A stretch of 64,000 bases of DNA from Eledone cirrhosa. Lineage: Eukaryota. Every line of letters begins with the position of its first letter. Positions within the stretch are counted from its first letter, which is position 1. The notes below the pieces were generated by a model, which did not search any database, was not told the DNA's origin, and was given only the letters and a program-made list of their open reading frames with translations. The stretch is taken from assembly GCA_964016885.1 (NCBI GenBank), contig OZ024746.1, forward strand, positions 85,002,001-85,066,000. Direction: 5' to 3'. The position numbers were made by a program, and so were the translations under genes. This document shows, piece after piece, positions 15,205 through 29,156 of the stretch.

Positions 15205-15771
15205 ATGTGTTTATCTGTGTATGTATTTATACTATGCTGTTAAATTTACACATTGATTGTATTGACATATAAACATACAAATATGCGTATTTCACTGTAA
15301 TTTTAAGCAAGTGATAACTACCTTGAATTGATTTTCAAACATTTTGTGTTCTTATAAGAATATATCATCTAAGCAACCGCAAGGAAATACATAATTGAGA
15401 TGTGTTTATATACTCTATCAGCTATACTAGTATACTGAAATAGACATACTGATTAGCATATTATTAGAGCTCATGCTGGTAGTTAAATTTAATATGTATT
15501 AACTTGCGTTCTAAGTAGAACATACGATAAATGTGTCTTTATATTTACAGTATAGAGGTAACAATGACTGTGTAAATGTGTATGTAAATTTACACACCCA
15601 AAATTTTGAAAATCGATTCAGGGTACTTTTTTTTTATTTACAGAGAAATAGGCTTATCCGGCATGTTTACATGTCTACACACTCAATGTGTATATGAAGG
15701 TATACACACATTATATATATCGTTTCTTTTGATGCAAGTACAATACCTCACTTGCTGCTAAAAACAGAGTG

Positions 15772-15802
<31 letters not shown>

Positions 15803-15901
15803 AGTGGTAAAAAGCCAGGAGGTTATATTCGACGTCGGTAGAGCATTCAGTCCAAAGGACAAGTCCGGTATAGAGTTAGTTTGCTAATTTGTTGTGGAAC
15901 T

Positions 15902-15908
<7 letters not shown>
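15803..15908 (-). mobile_element. Minimal fold-back + tail element
   Basis: Short hairpin agagttagtt...aactaactct with a unique tail running to (TA)n. The minus-strand tail starts ACTCT. Confidence 0.4.
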
Positions 15909-15943
<35 letters not shown>

Positions 15944-15969
15944 CCTCCCTCTCTTACTCTCTTTCTCTC

Positions 15970-16122
<153 letters not shown>

Positions 16123-16500
16123 CATTAAATAGACATTGCCACTAGAAATATGGAAATATGGGTCCAGATTCAAGGAAGGATTATATAAAACATGAATTTT
16201 AATGTTTGTATCTGGATACATTTATATATCACTCATTTTCATTAAACTTTTGTTACACACTAAGTCGAGGTCATGTTACCATTATATCAAGAACATATGT
16301 AATCCTATCACTAATATTATTATATACCCTCGGAATTTAATAGTTAAAGTTCGATTCTGAAGGTTGATTACAATGTAATCAACTTTTCAGAATCGATTTG
16401 AATAGAATTTGCACATAAAGAGATGGGGTTTGATTTTTTTAAATTTCAAGACAAATGACCAGATTGAATATTAATCCGGAAACAAACAATTGAATTATAA

Positions 16501-16697
16501 CCCCTTCAGTGCCATAGACAAGATAACTCGTCCTAACATGTTTGAACTTTTTTCTAACAGTTCATAACTTCAAAGCTAGATGGGGTTACTAGTTTATTGA
16601 TGTGACGTTTCTCAATCAAAATATTCATTTTACTAAAAAAAATGTTTTTTTTAAAACCCGGCACAGCAACTGTAAAATATACGCGGCAGTCAACAGG
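16501..16697. mobile_element. piggyBac-like MITE
   Basis: ATAA|ccccttcagtgcc ... ggcagtcaacagg|TTAA. Imperfect CC-starting TIRs with TTAA-type flanks. Confidence 0.45.
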
Positions 16698-17738
16698 TTA
16701 ATAAAAATACCAATCAGCAAACTTATGCATCAAAATGCATTACCAAATAAAATGCATATAGTTCCATGAGTGTTTGCTCCAGATATTTTGCCTCTAGAGG
16801 ACATTTAACCCTGTTTATGCAATTACATTTAGAACTATTTCCATAATTATTTGTGTTGCTATAGTTCAATAATTTGGCTGTGTTGGATTAGGTTATATTA
16901 CAAGGTCATTATTCCTGTTAAATATCTTATGGTATTTATGTTCCGGGCAAAATACTTACTAATTAAGAAGAGAAAGATTTTGGCTATTGGGGTAGCCACT
17001 TCCATATTAAACGGTGCATTATAGCAAGTAATAGGCTTCGGTCTAGTTTACTACTCCTACGCTTTAAATGTAATTTACCTTATCGATAAATCAGCTAGGA
17101 GACAGCTTCAATAAAGAGTGACAATTTAAAGTTGGTCATTGGTGGATAAACGGGACTCACTGAAATAATTTTAACTATAATAGAATATTAGTAAAACAGG
17201 TGGGGGTGGTTAGAAATTTACGTTGTCGTTGTCATCGTCAGCGTCGTCACCATTGCCGTCATCATTGTAGTCGTTATCGTCATTGTTATTGTCGCCGTCG
17301 TCGTCGTCAGTCGACATCATCGTCGTCGTTTTTGTTTTTGTTGTTGTTGCTTTTGGCGGTGGTTGGGCGTGTTGACATCATTTACAATATTCGACTTTCA
17401 TGAAGCTAAGTTAAATGGCCACCAAAAGGCTGGTTGTAAGAATCGATGATAATACGCGCGCTAAGTGTCACACTATTTTGTATTGGTTAATTATCAAACG
17501 ATCACCGACGTGTAACTATACGATTGGCAATATTAGGGTTAATTAATAAACATTTATTGCCGCACTCTGCAAACAGATATGGAGAAATAACATGCACATA
17601 TAACTTACACACATATATATATATATACACGCAAGCGTACGCACACACATACACACGAACGCATTTACACATTTACACATCCCTATGTATAGGGATGTGT
17701 AAATATACACACACATATACATATATATATAAATGTGC

Positions 17739-18254
<516 letters not shown>

Positions 18255-18500
18255 TAAAAGAGAAAACACAGGTAAGCATTAAGAAAAGGATTTTATCCAG
18301 GTATTTACGACCGTTTCATTGGTAAGTGCAACCTTATATTGCTATACTGCAAATAGCAGCCACTCAATGATAATTGTTGTTCACGTCCAAATTATCAAAA
18401 TAGTGAGTAAGTTACTCTTAAAAAAGTTCTTAATAACCACGAACTGGATCACAATAAGCAATTTCCTGCTTCCCAAACTATATATATATATATATATATA

Positions 18501-18572
18501 TTCCTATTACCCACTCTACTACCCTAAGTATTGAGTACACTGGTGTGTTTTAGTCCATCTGGTTCCTTACCA
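18501..18572 (+). mobile_element. Family A tail-only fragment (copy 5)
   Basis: ttcctattacccactctactaccctaagtattgagtacactggtg...ggttccttacca. Confidence 0.85.
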
Positions 18573-18593
18573 AGGAGAATTCAACTGATAAGG

Positions 18594-18655
<62 letters not shown>

Positions 18656-18662
<7 letters not shown>

Positions 18663-19936
18663 AATATGAAAACATGGCGTACTGCGTGGTTGCAAATGGG
18701 TTACATATGAATAAATTTAGTCTTTCATCAGTGATCTTCCATTGGTATTTCATCGCTTTAAAGACCATATACCTCTGGTTGGTGCGAGCAACGGCTAAAG
18801 AAAGTCGTTGGGACACGTAAATAGGGGGAACGAGCGAGAGAGTAAACAAACAGAGATGGTAATGCAGCGAAAAGTGAGGAAGAAGGAGTCAAGTCCCTGA
18901 AATCGATGAACATAAGTTCTATGAAATCGTGGACGAGAGACAATAAAGACCATCCGACCTGGTCGAAGTGAGAGTGAGGAAAGAATCTCGCACAGGTCAA
19001 ACGAGAGGAAAAAGGAGAGGAAGTAGCAGAGAGTGAGTGAGTGAAAGTGTGAGGAAGAGGCTAACAGAGAGAGTGACTGGTAGAGGGGGTAAAAGGAAGT
19101 TGGAGATACAGAGAAAAGGGGAAGCAGTAAGAAAGAAACAGACGGGTCACAGCGGAGGAAAATATATATGAAAAATATGAAAACATGGCGTGCTGCGTGG
19201 TTGCAAATGGGTTACATATGAATAAATTTAGTCCTTCATCAGTGATCTTCCAGCTTTATTGATATTTCATCGCTTTAAAGACCATATACCTCTGGTTGGT
19301 GCGAGCAACGGCTAAAGAAAGTCGTTGGGACACGTAAATAGAGGGGAACGAGCGAGACAGTAAACAAACGAAGATGGTAATGCAACGAAAAATGAGGAAG
19401 AAGGAGTCAAGTCTCTCACTTCCTTTTACCCCCTCTACCAGTCACTTTCTCTGTTAGCCTCTTCCTCACACTTTCACTCACTCACTCTCTGCTAATCCCT
19501 CTCCTTTTTCCTCCCGTTTGACCTGTGCGAGATTCTTTCCTCACTCACACTTCGACTAGGTCGGATGGTCTTTATTTTCTCTCGTCTACGATTTCACAGA
19601 ACATATGTTCATCGATTTCAGGGACTTGACTCCTTCTTCCTCCCGTTTGACCTGTGCGAAATTCTTTCCTTACTCACATTCGACCAGGTTTGATGGTCTT
19701 TATTCTCTCTCGCCCACGATTTCACAGACCTTATGTTCATCGATTTCAAGGACTTGACTCCTTCTTCCTCACTTTTCGTTGCATTACCATCTTTGTTTGT
19801 TTACTGTCTCGCTCGTTCCCCCTATTTACGTGTCCCAACGACTTTCTTTAGCTGTTGCTCGCATCAACCAGAGGTATATGGTCTTTAAAGCGATGAAATA
19901 CCAATGAAGGCTGGAAGATCACTGATGAAGGACTAA

Positions 19937-19940
<4 letters not shown>
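18656..19940 (-). mobile_element. Tandem + inverted repeat element (Penelope-like pLTR architecture), 511-bp unit
   Basis: Unit 1 at 18656-19166, partial tandem unit 2 at 19167-19413, then inverted copies at 19418-19642 and 19643-19940. The 56-bp tail is not inverted. (TA)n lies on both sides. Confidence 0.75.
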
Positions 19941-20006
<66 letters not shown>

Positions 20007-20007
20007 T

Positions 20008-20063
<56 letters not shown>

Positions 20064-20133
20064 TATCCAAGGAAAATTCAACTGATAAGGTATGTTTCCT
20101 TGGCTATGTCAAAATATATAAAACACACTTTGT

Positions 20134-20193
20134 ATTTTATCTGATGAAAGCGTACCAAAGTTTTTGGTACCCTTGAAATATATATAATAGAAT
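20134..20193 (+). ncRNA. Type I hammerhead ribozyme
   Basis: attttat-CTGATGA-aag.c.gtaccaaa/tttggtac.c.ctt-GAAA-tatata-TA|atagaat. 7-bp stem I (one G-U), long stem II, palindromic stem III. The tail motif follows at 20246-20267. Confidence 0.8.
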
Positions 20194-20368
20194 CAATATA
20201 GTTGTATAAATATAGTTTCCATTTATTTAATATCATTTAATATTTACTCCAGAAACTTGTCGAGTGCTCTGAATCAGTTATAAACATTTATATTTGTTGA
20301 ATTTCCAACAAATTAAATATTCCTTCTACTTATATATATATATACTGTATATATATCTACACACACAC

Positions 20369-20404
<36 letters not shown>

Positions 20405-20420
20405 CACAAACACACACACA

Positions 20421-20476
<56 letters not shown>

Positions 20477-20619
20477 CCTGGTTCACATATGTGTGCATAC
20501 ATACGCATTCACTTATACACACACATATATACACTTTGGTTCCGGCTAAATGTCAGAGTTATTGTTCTCACACCGTTTTATTGCCTCCTATCAAAACTAT
20601 CATAAATCATTACGTGGTC

Positions 20620-20648
20620 ATATATACATACATACATACATACATACA

Positions 20649-20682
<34 letters not shown>

Positions 20683-21725
20683 CATGCATACATACATATA
20701 TACATACATACATACACACACATTCGTAATATAAATGTATACATACATATATGCATAGATACAGACACATACATACATGTATACAAACGTACATACGTAC
20801 ATACATGCATGCATACGTACATACATGCGTACATACATGCGTGCATACGTACATACATGCATCTATACATACATACATCTGTACATACATACATACACCC
20901 GTACATACATACACCCGTACGTACATACATACATCCGTACATACATTCATACATACATACATACATACATACATACATAAAAAGCGCAGCTCCCTAATTC
21001 ATAGTCTACAAATGGCTGCGATAGCTGGCACCTTCAAAATATGCAAAACATTCTTGCGATTCAAGGGATGACAATTTCTTTTCTTTTACAACCTTGCCAC
21101 CAGGAAGGTGGCCGGTCAAAAAAATATACTCGAAATTAAGAGAAAGAGAAAACATACATACATACATACATACATACATACATACATACATACATACATA
21201 CATTTGTACATAAATACATCCGTACATACATACATACATACATACATACATACATACATACTTACATCCGTGCGTACATACATACATATACATAAATACA
21301 TACATACATAAATACATACATACATACATACATAGATGGGTACAACATACATACATACATACATAGATGGGTACATACATACATATATGCATGCATACGT
21401 CCATAGCTACATACATACATAAATACATACACTCATACTTACATACACACATCTGTATATACATCTGTACATAAATACATGCATACATATATATATATGC
21501 ATACATACGTACATACGTACGTACATACATACATACATACATACATACATACATACATACATACATACATACATACATACATGCATACATACATACATAC
21601 ATACATATATGCATACATACGTACATACGTACATACATACATACATACATATATGCATAAATACGTACATACGTACATACATACATACATACATACATAC
21701 ATACATACATACATACATACATGCA

Positions 21726-21758
<33 letters not shown>

Positions 21759-21857
21759 GCATAAATACGTACATACATACATACATACATACATACATAC
21801 ATACATACATACATGCATACATGCATACATATATGCATACATACATACATACATACA

Positions 21858-21889
<32 letters not shown>

Positions 21890-21930
21890 CGCATGTATAC
21901 GCCCATAGTTATATACATACATACATACCC
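20620..21930. repeat. Degenerate (TACA)n tetranucleotide array
   Basis: Directly visible. It is the source of the MYVC/HTYI ORFs. Confidence 0.95.
20978..21152 (+). mobile_element. 3' end of an RLE-type (R4/Dong-like) LINE inserted in (TACA)n
   Basis: Encodes LIHSLQMAAIAGTFKICKTFLRFKG* (stop at 21071), resembling the GTxKICKTF C-terminus of R4/Dong-type LINEs. A short 3' UTR follows, with (TACA)n on both sides. Confidence 0.65.
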
Positions 21931-22334
21931 ACATAAATGTGCACACGGGGCCCCCGTTAATTGATCTGTTGTATTGATGCATTTCACGTTGGTTTGTCAA
22001 TGAATATTTAAATAGAAATAACACCTCAGTAATATCCTTTCCGATAACATCACTACCAAACTTGAAAAGAGCTTATCCATGATTAATTAACATTAATCAG
22101 TAGCAAGCAGTAACAGAATAATTAATTCAATATTCTGACTCAAAACACAACTCTACTTCATTTCAACCACTTTTTTTTTTCCTCCAGTTGTTTTGTTTTT
22201 CTTATATAATTATGCTTATATTTCTTTATATATTATATTTATGTTTTATTGTTTTATATTTCATTTCTTTATATATATTATTTTATATTTATATTTTATT
22301 TCTTTATATAATTTTTATATTATATCTTTTATTT

Positions 22335-22519
<185 letters not shown>

Positions 22520-22563
22520 ATATATATATTATATATATATATATAAATGAAATATATATATAT

Positions 22564-22643
<80 letters not shown>

Positions 22644-22646
22644 CAC

Positions 22647-22858
22647 ACAACGGTAACAACAACAAAAAATAACAAGAACAACAAAGAAAAATAAATAAAT
22701 AATACATAAAAGATTAAAGATAAAAAAGATTATATATATACAAGATATATATATATACATATATATATAATCTTTTTTATCTTTAATCTTTTATGTATTA
22801 TTTATTTATTTTTCTTTGTTGTTCTTATTATTTTTTGTTGTTGTTGTTGTTACCGTTG
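22647..22858. repeat. Fold-back inverted duplication (~85-bp arms) around a (TA)n loop
   Basis: caacggtaacaacaac...aagattaaagataaaaaagatt versus aatcttttttatctttaatctt...gttgttgttaccgttg. Confidence 0.9.
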
Positions 22859-23364
22859 TCAGTATTGTTTTTGCTATGTAGTTATTGTTGTGGTAGTTGT
22901 GGTTGTTGCTTTTGATTTGTTGTCGTTGTTGGTAGTGGTGGTGGTAGTGGTGGTGGTATTGATGTTACGATTGGGGGTTGGGATACTGTTGTTGTTGTTG
23001 TTGGTGGTGGTGGTGTGGTGGTGGTGGTGGTATTGGTGTTGTGATTGGGGTTGTTGATACAGTTGTTGTTGTTGTTGTTATTGTATTGTTGTTGTTGAGG
23101 GTGTTGATGGTGTAGGTGTTGTGATACAGTTGTTGATACAGTTTTGTTGTTGTTGTAGTTGCTGTTGTTGTTGTTGTTATTGTATTGTTGTTGAGGGTGT
23201 TGATGGTGTAGGTGTTGTGATACAGTTGTTGATGTTGGGGTTATTACTTTTGTTGTTACATGTTGCTGTTGCTGTTGTTCTCTTTGTTTCTGTTGTTGTC
23301 GCTGTTTCTGTTTTTGTCGAGGTTGCTATTACTATTACTATTGTTGTTGTGATTGCTGTTACTG

Positions 23365-24716
23365 TTACAGTTGTTGTTGTTGTTGTTGTGACACAATGTG
23401 GTTCCTCTTGTTACAGTTGTTGTGACACATAATGTGGTTCCTCTTGTTACAGTTGTTGTTGTTGTGACACATAATGTGTTTCCTCTTGTTACAGTTGTTG
23501 TTGTTGTGACACAATGTGGTTCCTCTTGTTACAGTTGTTGTTGTTGTGACACATAATGTGGTTCCTCTTGTTACAGTTGTTGTTGTTGTGACACATAATG
23601 TGGTTCCTCTTGTTACGGTTGTTGTGACACATAATGTGGTTCCTCTTGTTACAGTTGTTGTTGTGACACATAATGTGGTTCCTCTTGTTACAGTTGTTGT
23701 GACACATAATGTGGTTCCTCTTGTTACAGTTGTTGTTGTTGTGACACATAATGTGGTTCCTCTTGTTACAGTTGTTGTTGTTGTGACACAATGTGGTTCC
23801 TCTTGTTACAGTTGTTGTTGTGACACATAATGTGGTTCCTCTTGTTACAGTTGTTGTTGTGACACATAATGTGGTTCCTCTTGTTACAGTTGTTGTTGTT
23901 GTGACACACAATGTGGTTCCTCTTGTTACAGTTGTTGTTGTTGTGACACATAATGTGGTTCCTCTTGTGACAGTTGTTGTTGTGACACATAATGTGTTTC
24001 CTCTTGTTACAGATGTTGTTGTTGTGACACATAATGTGGTTCCTCTTGTTACAGTTGTTGTTGTTGTGACACATAATGTGTTTCCTCTTGTTACATTTGT
24101 TGTTGTGACACATAATGTGGTTCCTCTTGTTACAGTTGTTGTTGTGACACATAATGTGGTTCCTCTTGTTACAGTTGTTGTTGTGACACATAATGTGGTT
24201 CCTCTTGTTACAGTTGTTGTTGTTGTGACACATAATGTGGTTCCTCTTGTTACATTTGTTGTTGTGACACATAATGTGGTTCCTCTTGTTACAGTTGTTG
24301 TTGTTGTTGTGACACATAATGTGGTTCCTCTTGTTACAGTTGTTGTTGTTGTGACACATAATGTGTTTCCTCTTGTTACATTTGTTGTTGTGACACATAA
24401 TGTGGTTCCTCTTGTTACAGTTGTTGTTGTTGTTGTGACACATAATGTGGTTCCTCTTGTTACAGTTGTTGTTGTTGTGATACATAATGTGGTTCCTCTT
24501 GTTACAGTTGTTGTTGTGACACATAATGTGGTTCCTCTTGTTACAGTTGTTGTTGTTGTGATACATAATGTGGTTCCTCTTGTTACAGTTGTTGTTGTGA
24601 CACATAATGTGGTTCCTCTTGTTACAGTTGTTGTTGTGACATAGCGTGGTTCCTCTTGTTACAGTTGTTGTTGTTGTGACACATAATGTGGTTCCTCTTG
24701 TTACAGTTGTTGTTGT
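23365..24716. repeat. Minisatellite: 27-bp core + variable (GTT)n + GTG, roughly 35 units
   Basis: Unit gtg-acacataatgtggttcctcttgttaca-(gtt)2-5, embedded in a GTT-rich region. Confidence 0.97.
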
Positions 24717-25399
24717 AGAGTATTTGTTATATATATTTACTATCATAACCTGTTGTTTTCTGTTTGTTTTTTTTAAGTAAGAGACCTTTATTCCACGTAC
24801 CACGGCCATAAATAAAATTTAAGGGTCAGTCCACATCGTAGTCCCTGCGGACGGTTGCTGATTTTGTTCCTGTTGTTGCTGCTGTTGTTGATATTACTTT
24901 TTGATTTTGTTGTTGTTTTTGTTGTTGTTGTTGTTGTTGTTGACGGGCTTTATGATAGTTATTTTATGGGATGGAGGGGGGGGGGCGGTCACGACTTTCC
25001 TCCATATTTTGTTTTTTTGTTGGTCACATTTTTCCTATTGTTATTGTTGTTACCGTTTAGGTGTTTGTACTAGGTGTAAAATGTTTTGTACTACTTGTAC
25101 TACTTGTACTACTTGTACTACTTGTACTACTTGTACTATTTGTAAAATGTTGTTTTAGCTGTTGTTGTAGTTGTTGTTAATGTTGCAACCTATGTTTTAT
25201 GGTTTTGTTGTGAATGAGGTTTATGTTTCGTTGTAGTATTAGGTTTTATGTTGTTCTTTTGTGTAACTTGTTGTTGTTGTTGTTGTAATGGTTTTTTACT
25301 GTTATTGTTATAATGTTCAGCCAATTGTGTTGCTGTTGTTGTTGTAATGGTTTTTCTTGTTTATGTTATATCCTCGTTATTGTTAATGTTGTTGTTTGT

Positions 25400-25736
25400 G
25401 TTGTTAGTGTCAGTGGTAGTGATGGTAATGGTGGTAGTTGTGGGAGGAGGTAGTGCTGGTAATGGTGGTAGTTGGGGGGGGGGGGGGGGGTAACGGTGGT
25501 AGTTATGGGGGGAGGTGGTGCTGGTAATGGTGGTATTTATGGGGGGGAGGTAGTGCTGGTGATGGTGGTAGTTATGGCGGGAGGAGGTGAAGGTAATGGT
25601 GGTAGTTATGGGGGGAGGTGGTGATGGGCAGGTGGTGATGATCATCGTCCTTAACGTGGTGGGTGATGGTAGTTGTGGTGGCAGAGATGTACTAGTGATG
25701 AAAGTCAAGTGGTGACCCTGTTAATGGTTCTGGTAT

Positions 25737-25784
<48 letters not shown>

Positions 25785-25804
25785 TGGTAGTGGTTGTGGT
25801 AGTG

Positions 25805-25876
<72 letters not shown>

Positions 25877-26560
25877 ATAGTAGTAGTATACTACTATTAC
25901 TACTACTACCACCACCACCACTAGTAGTAGTAGTAGTAGTAGTAGTAGTAATGGGGGCTGCGGTGGGTGATGGTAGTGGTTGGTTTGTGATGTGAGTGGT
26001 AGTGAGGTGATAATTGTGGTGGTGGTGGTGGTGGTGGTGGTGGTTGTAATGGAGATGGTTTGTGTTGATGATAGTGCTGGTGGTGTGTTGATGGTAGTGG
26101 TGGTGGCGTTGATGGTAGTGGTGGCGGTGGTGGTTGTGGTGGTGGTGGTGGTTGTGGTGGTGGTGATTGTAATGGAGATGGTTTGTGTTGATGGTAGTGC
26201 TGGTGGTGTGTTGATGGTAGTGGTGGTGGCGTTGATGGTAGTGGTGGCGGTGGTGGTGGTGGTGATTGTAATGGAGATGGTTTGTGTTGATGGTAGTGCC
26301 GGGGGGTAGTGATGGGGGGAGGGGTGTAATGGGGATGGTTTGTGTTGATGGTAGTGCCGGGGGGGGGTGATGGTAGTGGTGGTGGCGTTAATGGTAGTGG
26401 TGGTGGTGGTGGTGGTGGTGGTGGTGATTGTAATGGAGATGGTTTGTGTTGATGGTAGTGGTGGTGGTGGTAGTGTTGATGGTAGTGGTGGTGGTGGTAG
26501 TGTTGATGGTAGTGGTGGTGATGCGAATGTTTGTGTTGTTATTGGTGGTAGTGGTGAAAG
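25400..26560. repeat. (GGT)n/(TAG)n-rich low-complexity region with degenerate tandem units
   Basis: Repeated gtaatggtggtagttatgggggg units and tgtaatggagatggtttgtgttgatggtagtg units. Confidence 0.9.
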
Positions 26561-27494
26561 TGCTGTAATAAATAGTTATCCTTCCCACTTAATAATGTCA
26601 GAATCGATATGTTCACAGTGGAACATATGTAGTGGGATGGGAACTGATGGATATGTTAATAGCTGATGAGGAGGAGAAGGAGGAGGAGGATAATGATCAT
26701 CATTATTATTGCTTCATGTCTCCATACATCATAAATCGCTCTGTAAGTTTGTTCTATTTTCACGTACTGTACTTTGACTGTTTTGTAGTTAAACTAACCA
26801 GTGTCCTCCTGAACTGATTAGTTTAGCTTTAACTTTAAACCTGTGTTTTTTTATCAAACACGCCGCTCAACTTTTTTGTGGAAATTAAGGTAGCGATCAA
26901 AAAGGTTGCGTCCGCTAAACGGAGTGGCCGGTTATCCAGATGCCCTCTCCGTCTTCTTCTTCTTCTTCTTCTTCTTCTTCTTCTTCTTCTTCTTCTTCTT
27001 CTTCTTCTTCTTCTTCTTCTTCTTCTTCTTCTTCTTCTTCTTCTTCTTCTACCTGGATGATAAATATCATCAGAGATACGTGATCATGTTCATGGCATGA
27101 TATTAGCATATGGTCAACGCCAACATAACTTTTGGTGATATGTAATCAGGTTGGGTCACTAGGAACATTCATGTCCTCATGTCTCCATAAGATCATAAAA
27201 TAATCTCAATGTTACATTCAGTAGTAGGTGCCGAAAGAATGAGTCTGTGACTGTTACACAGAGCAGTAGAACATATGTAATGGCTTTCTACACAGAAGAG
27301 ACTGAAGCAAGGAAAGAACAACAGCATCTACACTAGCCATCATTCCGGTGGAGTCTGAAGGGATCGTCTCATCTTCAGTTGAGCTGACGATGAAACTAAG
27401 GAACTCACTCTCATAACAATAGTCAATAAACGCAGTGAGCATGGGATGAAAGGAAAGTGTGACCGACAGCAACAACAACATTGGTATTCAGAGT

Positions 27495-27895
27495 TACTGA
27501 AGAGCCCCTTAATAGCACTACAACCGTATCTACTTGTGGTGAGAGAGAGAGAGCAGATGGAAACTGGAAAGTATTTGCAAACATTTAAATGGGGGTGGGG
27601 TGGGGGGATAACAAGAAGCGGAAAAATAACCCGAAAAGAAAATCTCAATAGAAAGCAATCAGGAAGTTCTAGAAGGAACTCATGTCCTGTGAGGAGAACC
27701 TTCCTTGCTCCTCGGATGGAATAGAATCCGCAGATATTCCAATAACCAAAACAATAGCTGGTAAAAGAAGTATATGCAAGAGGGCCTTGGATATGAAGTG
27801 CCAATCAAAGAGGAGTGGGAGTTAAACCACAAAAAACAAAAGATGGCTATTGGTAAAATCCACCGATGGTCTTTACGATCTGCCACACGTTAATA
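27495..27895 (+). mobile_element. Probable decayed Penelope-like GIY-YIG endonuclease C-terminus
   Basis: Frame-hopping translation gives PLNS..STCGER..ETGKYLQT..KQSG..ME*NPQI..ALDMK..KDG-LVKST-W. The motif order matches CxCGxxYIGETxK..R..EH..W..P..REALEI..LNRDxG. Heavily mutated. Confidence 0.45.
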
Positions 27896-28240
27896 AACGT
27901 CAGGACGTTGGTTCTTACCGGTTTTCTTACAGATGATTCTGGAAATGCCAACTCTAAGATCTACATGAAGGATTTGGAGTGGCTTTACACGCATGCGTTA
28001 AACTGAATCTTATATGCTTTGTTTATTTTTTAGCATATTTGATTATTATCTGCAATTATTGCATTGTTTACCAAATTGTAAGCTCATCCTTCATATATAT
28101 AATGCCTTTGCCCCTTTCAACTTATTACATGATATGTTTGTTCAATCCACACGTATTTTGTAAACCAGATGTATTTTTGACATTCTTGTATGAATTCGCC
28201 TTTATGGTAAATAAAGAAAAGATTCTTCTTCTTCTTCTTC

Positions 28241-28295
<55 letters not shown>

Positions 28296-28749
28296 ATTAG
28301 AAACCATTATTATTAATAATAATTATTATTATAGTTGTTATTGTGAAGAAACAATCATAAACTTCTGAAATGAATTAGCAACGCCAATAACCCAATAACA
28401 AATAAAAAAAAAAGTACATACATACATAAAATACAACAAATATAAACGTACAAATAAGTCAATAAAGTAGTTTGAAGAGCAATGGCCGATATATTGAATT
28501 TAGTGGACCAAATTGATTTTGCAAGAAACCTAAAACTATGCTTTAAGATTTAAAAAAATCTAATCATATTTAGCATATTAAACTTTTCCCTAAGTCATTT
28601 TTAATAATTTTCTCAGACTTTTATTTTCTCGAACACGTATTTGAATTAAGATTTTAAATTATATTTGCAAACCTCTTTATGGGGGCTTTTATCGAATCAC
28701 CTGCAGTTTGGAAGATACAATAATAAAACATATTGTAAATATATATATA

Positions 28750-28799
<50 letters not shown>

Positions 28800-28807
<8 letters not shown>

Positions 28808-28825
28808 ACTATTTTCAATGTGTTT

Positions 28826-28872
<47 letters not shown>

Positions 28873-28890
28873 ACCATTTTCAATGTGTTT

Positions 28891-28937
<47 letters not shown>

Positions 28938-29010
28938 ATACCACCATTTTCATTGTTTTATATATATATATATATATACACAATACCATTTTTAATGTGT
29001 TTTATTATAT
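28800..29010. repeat. Four ~26-bp units separated by variable (TA)n
   Basis: caatac(c/t)attttcaatgtgttttatt repeated with TA spacers. Confidence 0.85.
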
Positions 29011-29025
29011 ACATATATATATATG

Positions 29026-29156
<131 letters not shown>

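Noticed and set aside
19885-19940. Permuted (type II) hammerhead in the 511-bp unit (GAAA ... CTGATGA)
   Set aside because: No proper stem I or stem III can be formed between the two motifs.
23766-24809. 347-aa and 283-aa ORFs, and a CRISPR-like look of the array
   Set aside because: The linkers are just (GTT)n rather than unique spacers, there are no cas genes, and the context is eukaryotic. The ORFs arise from the unit length.
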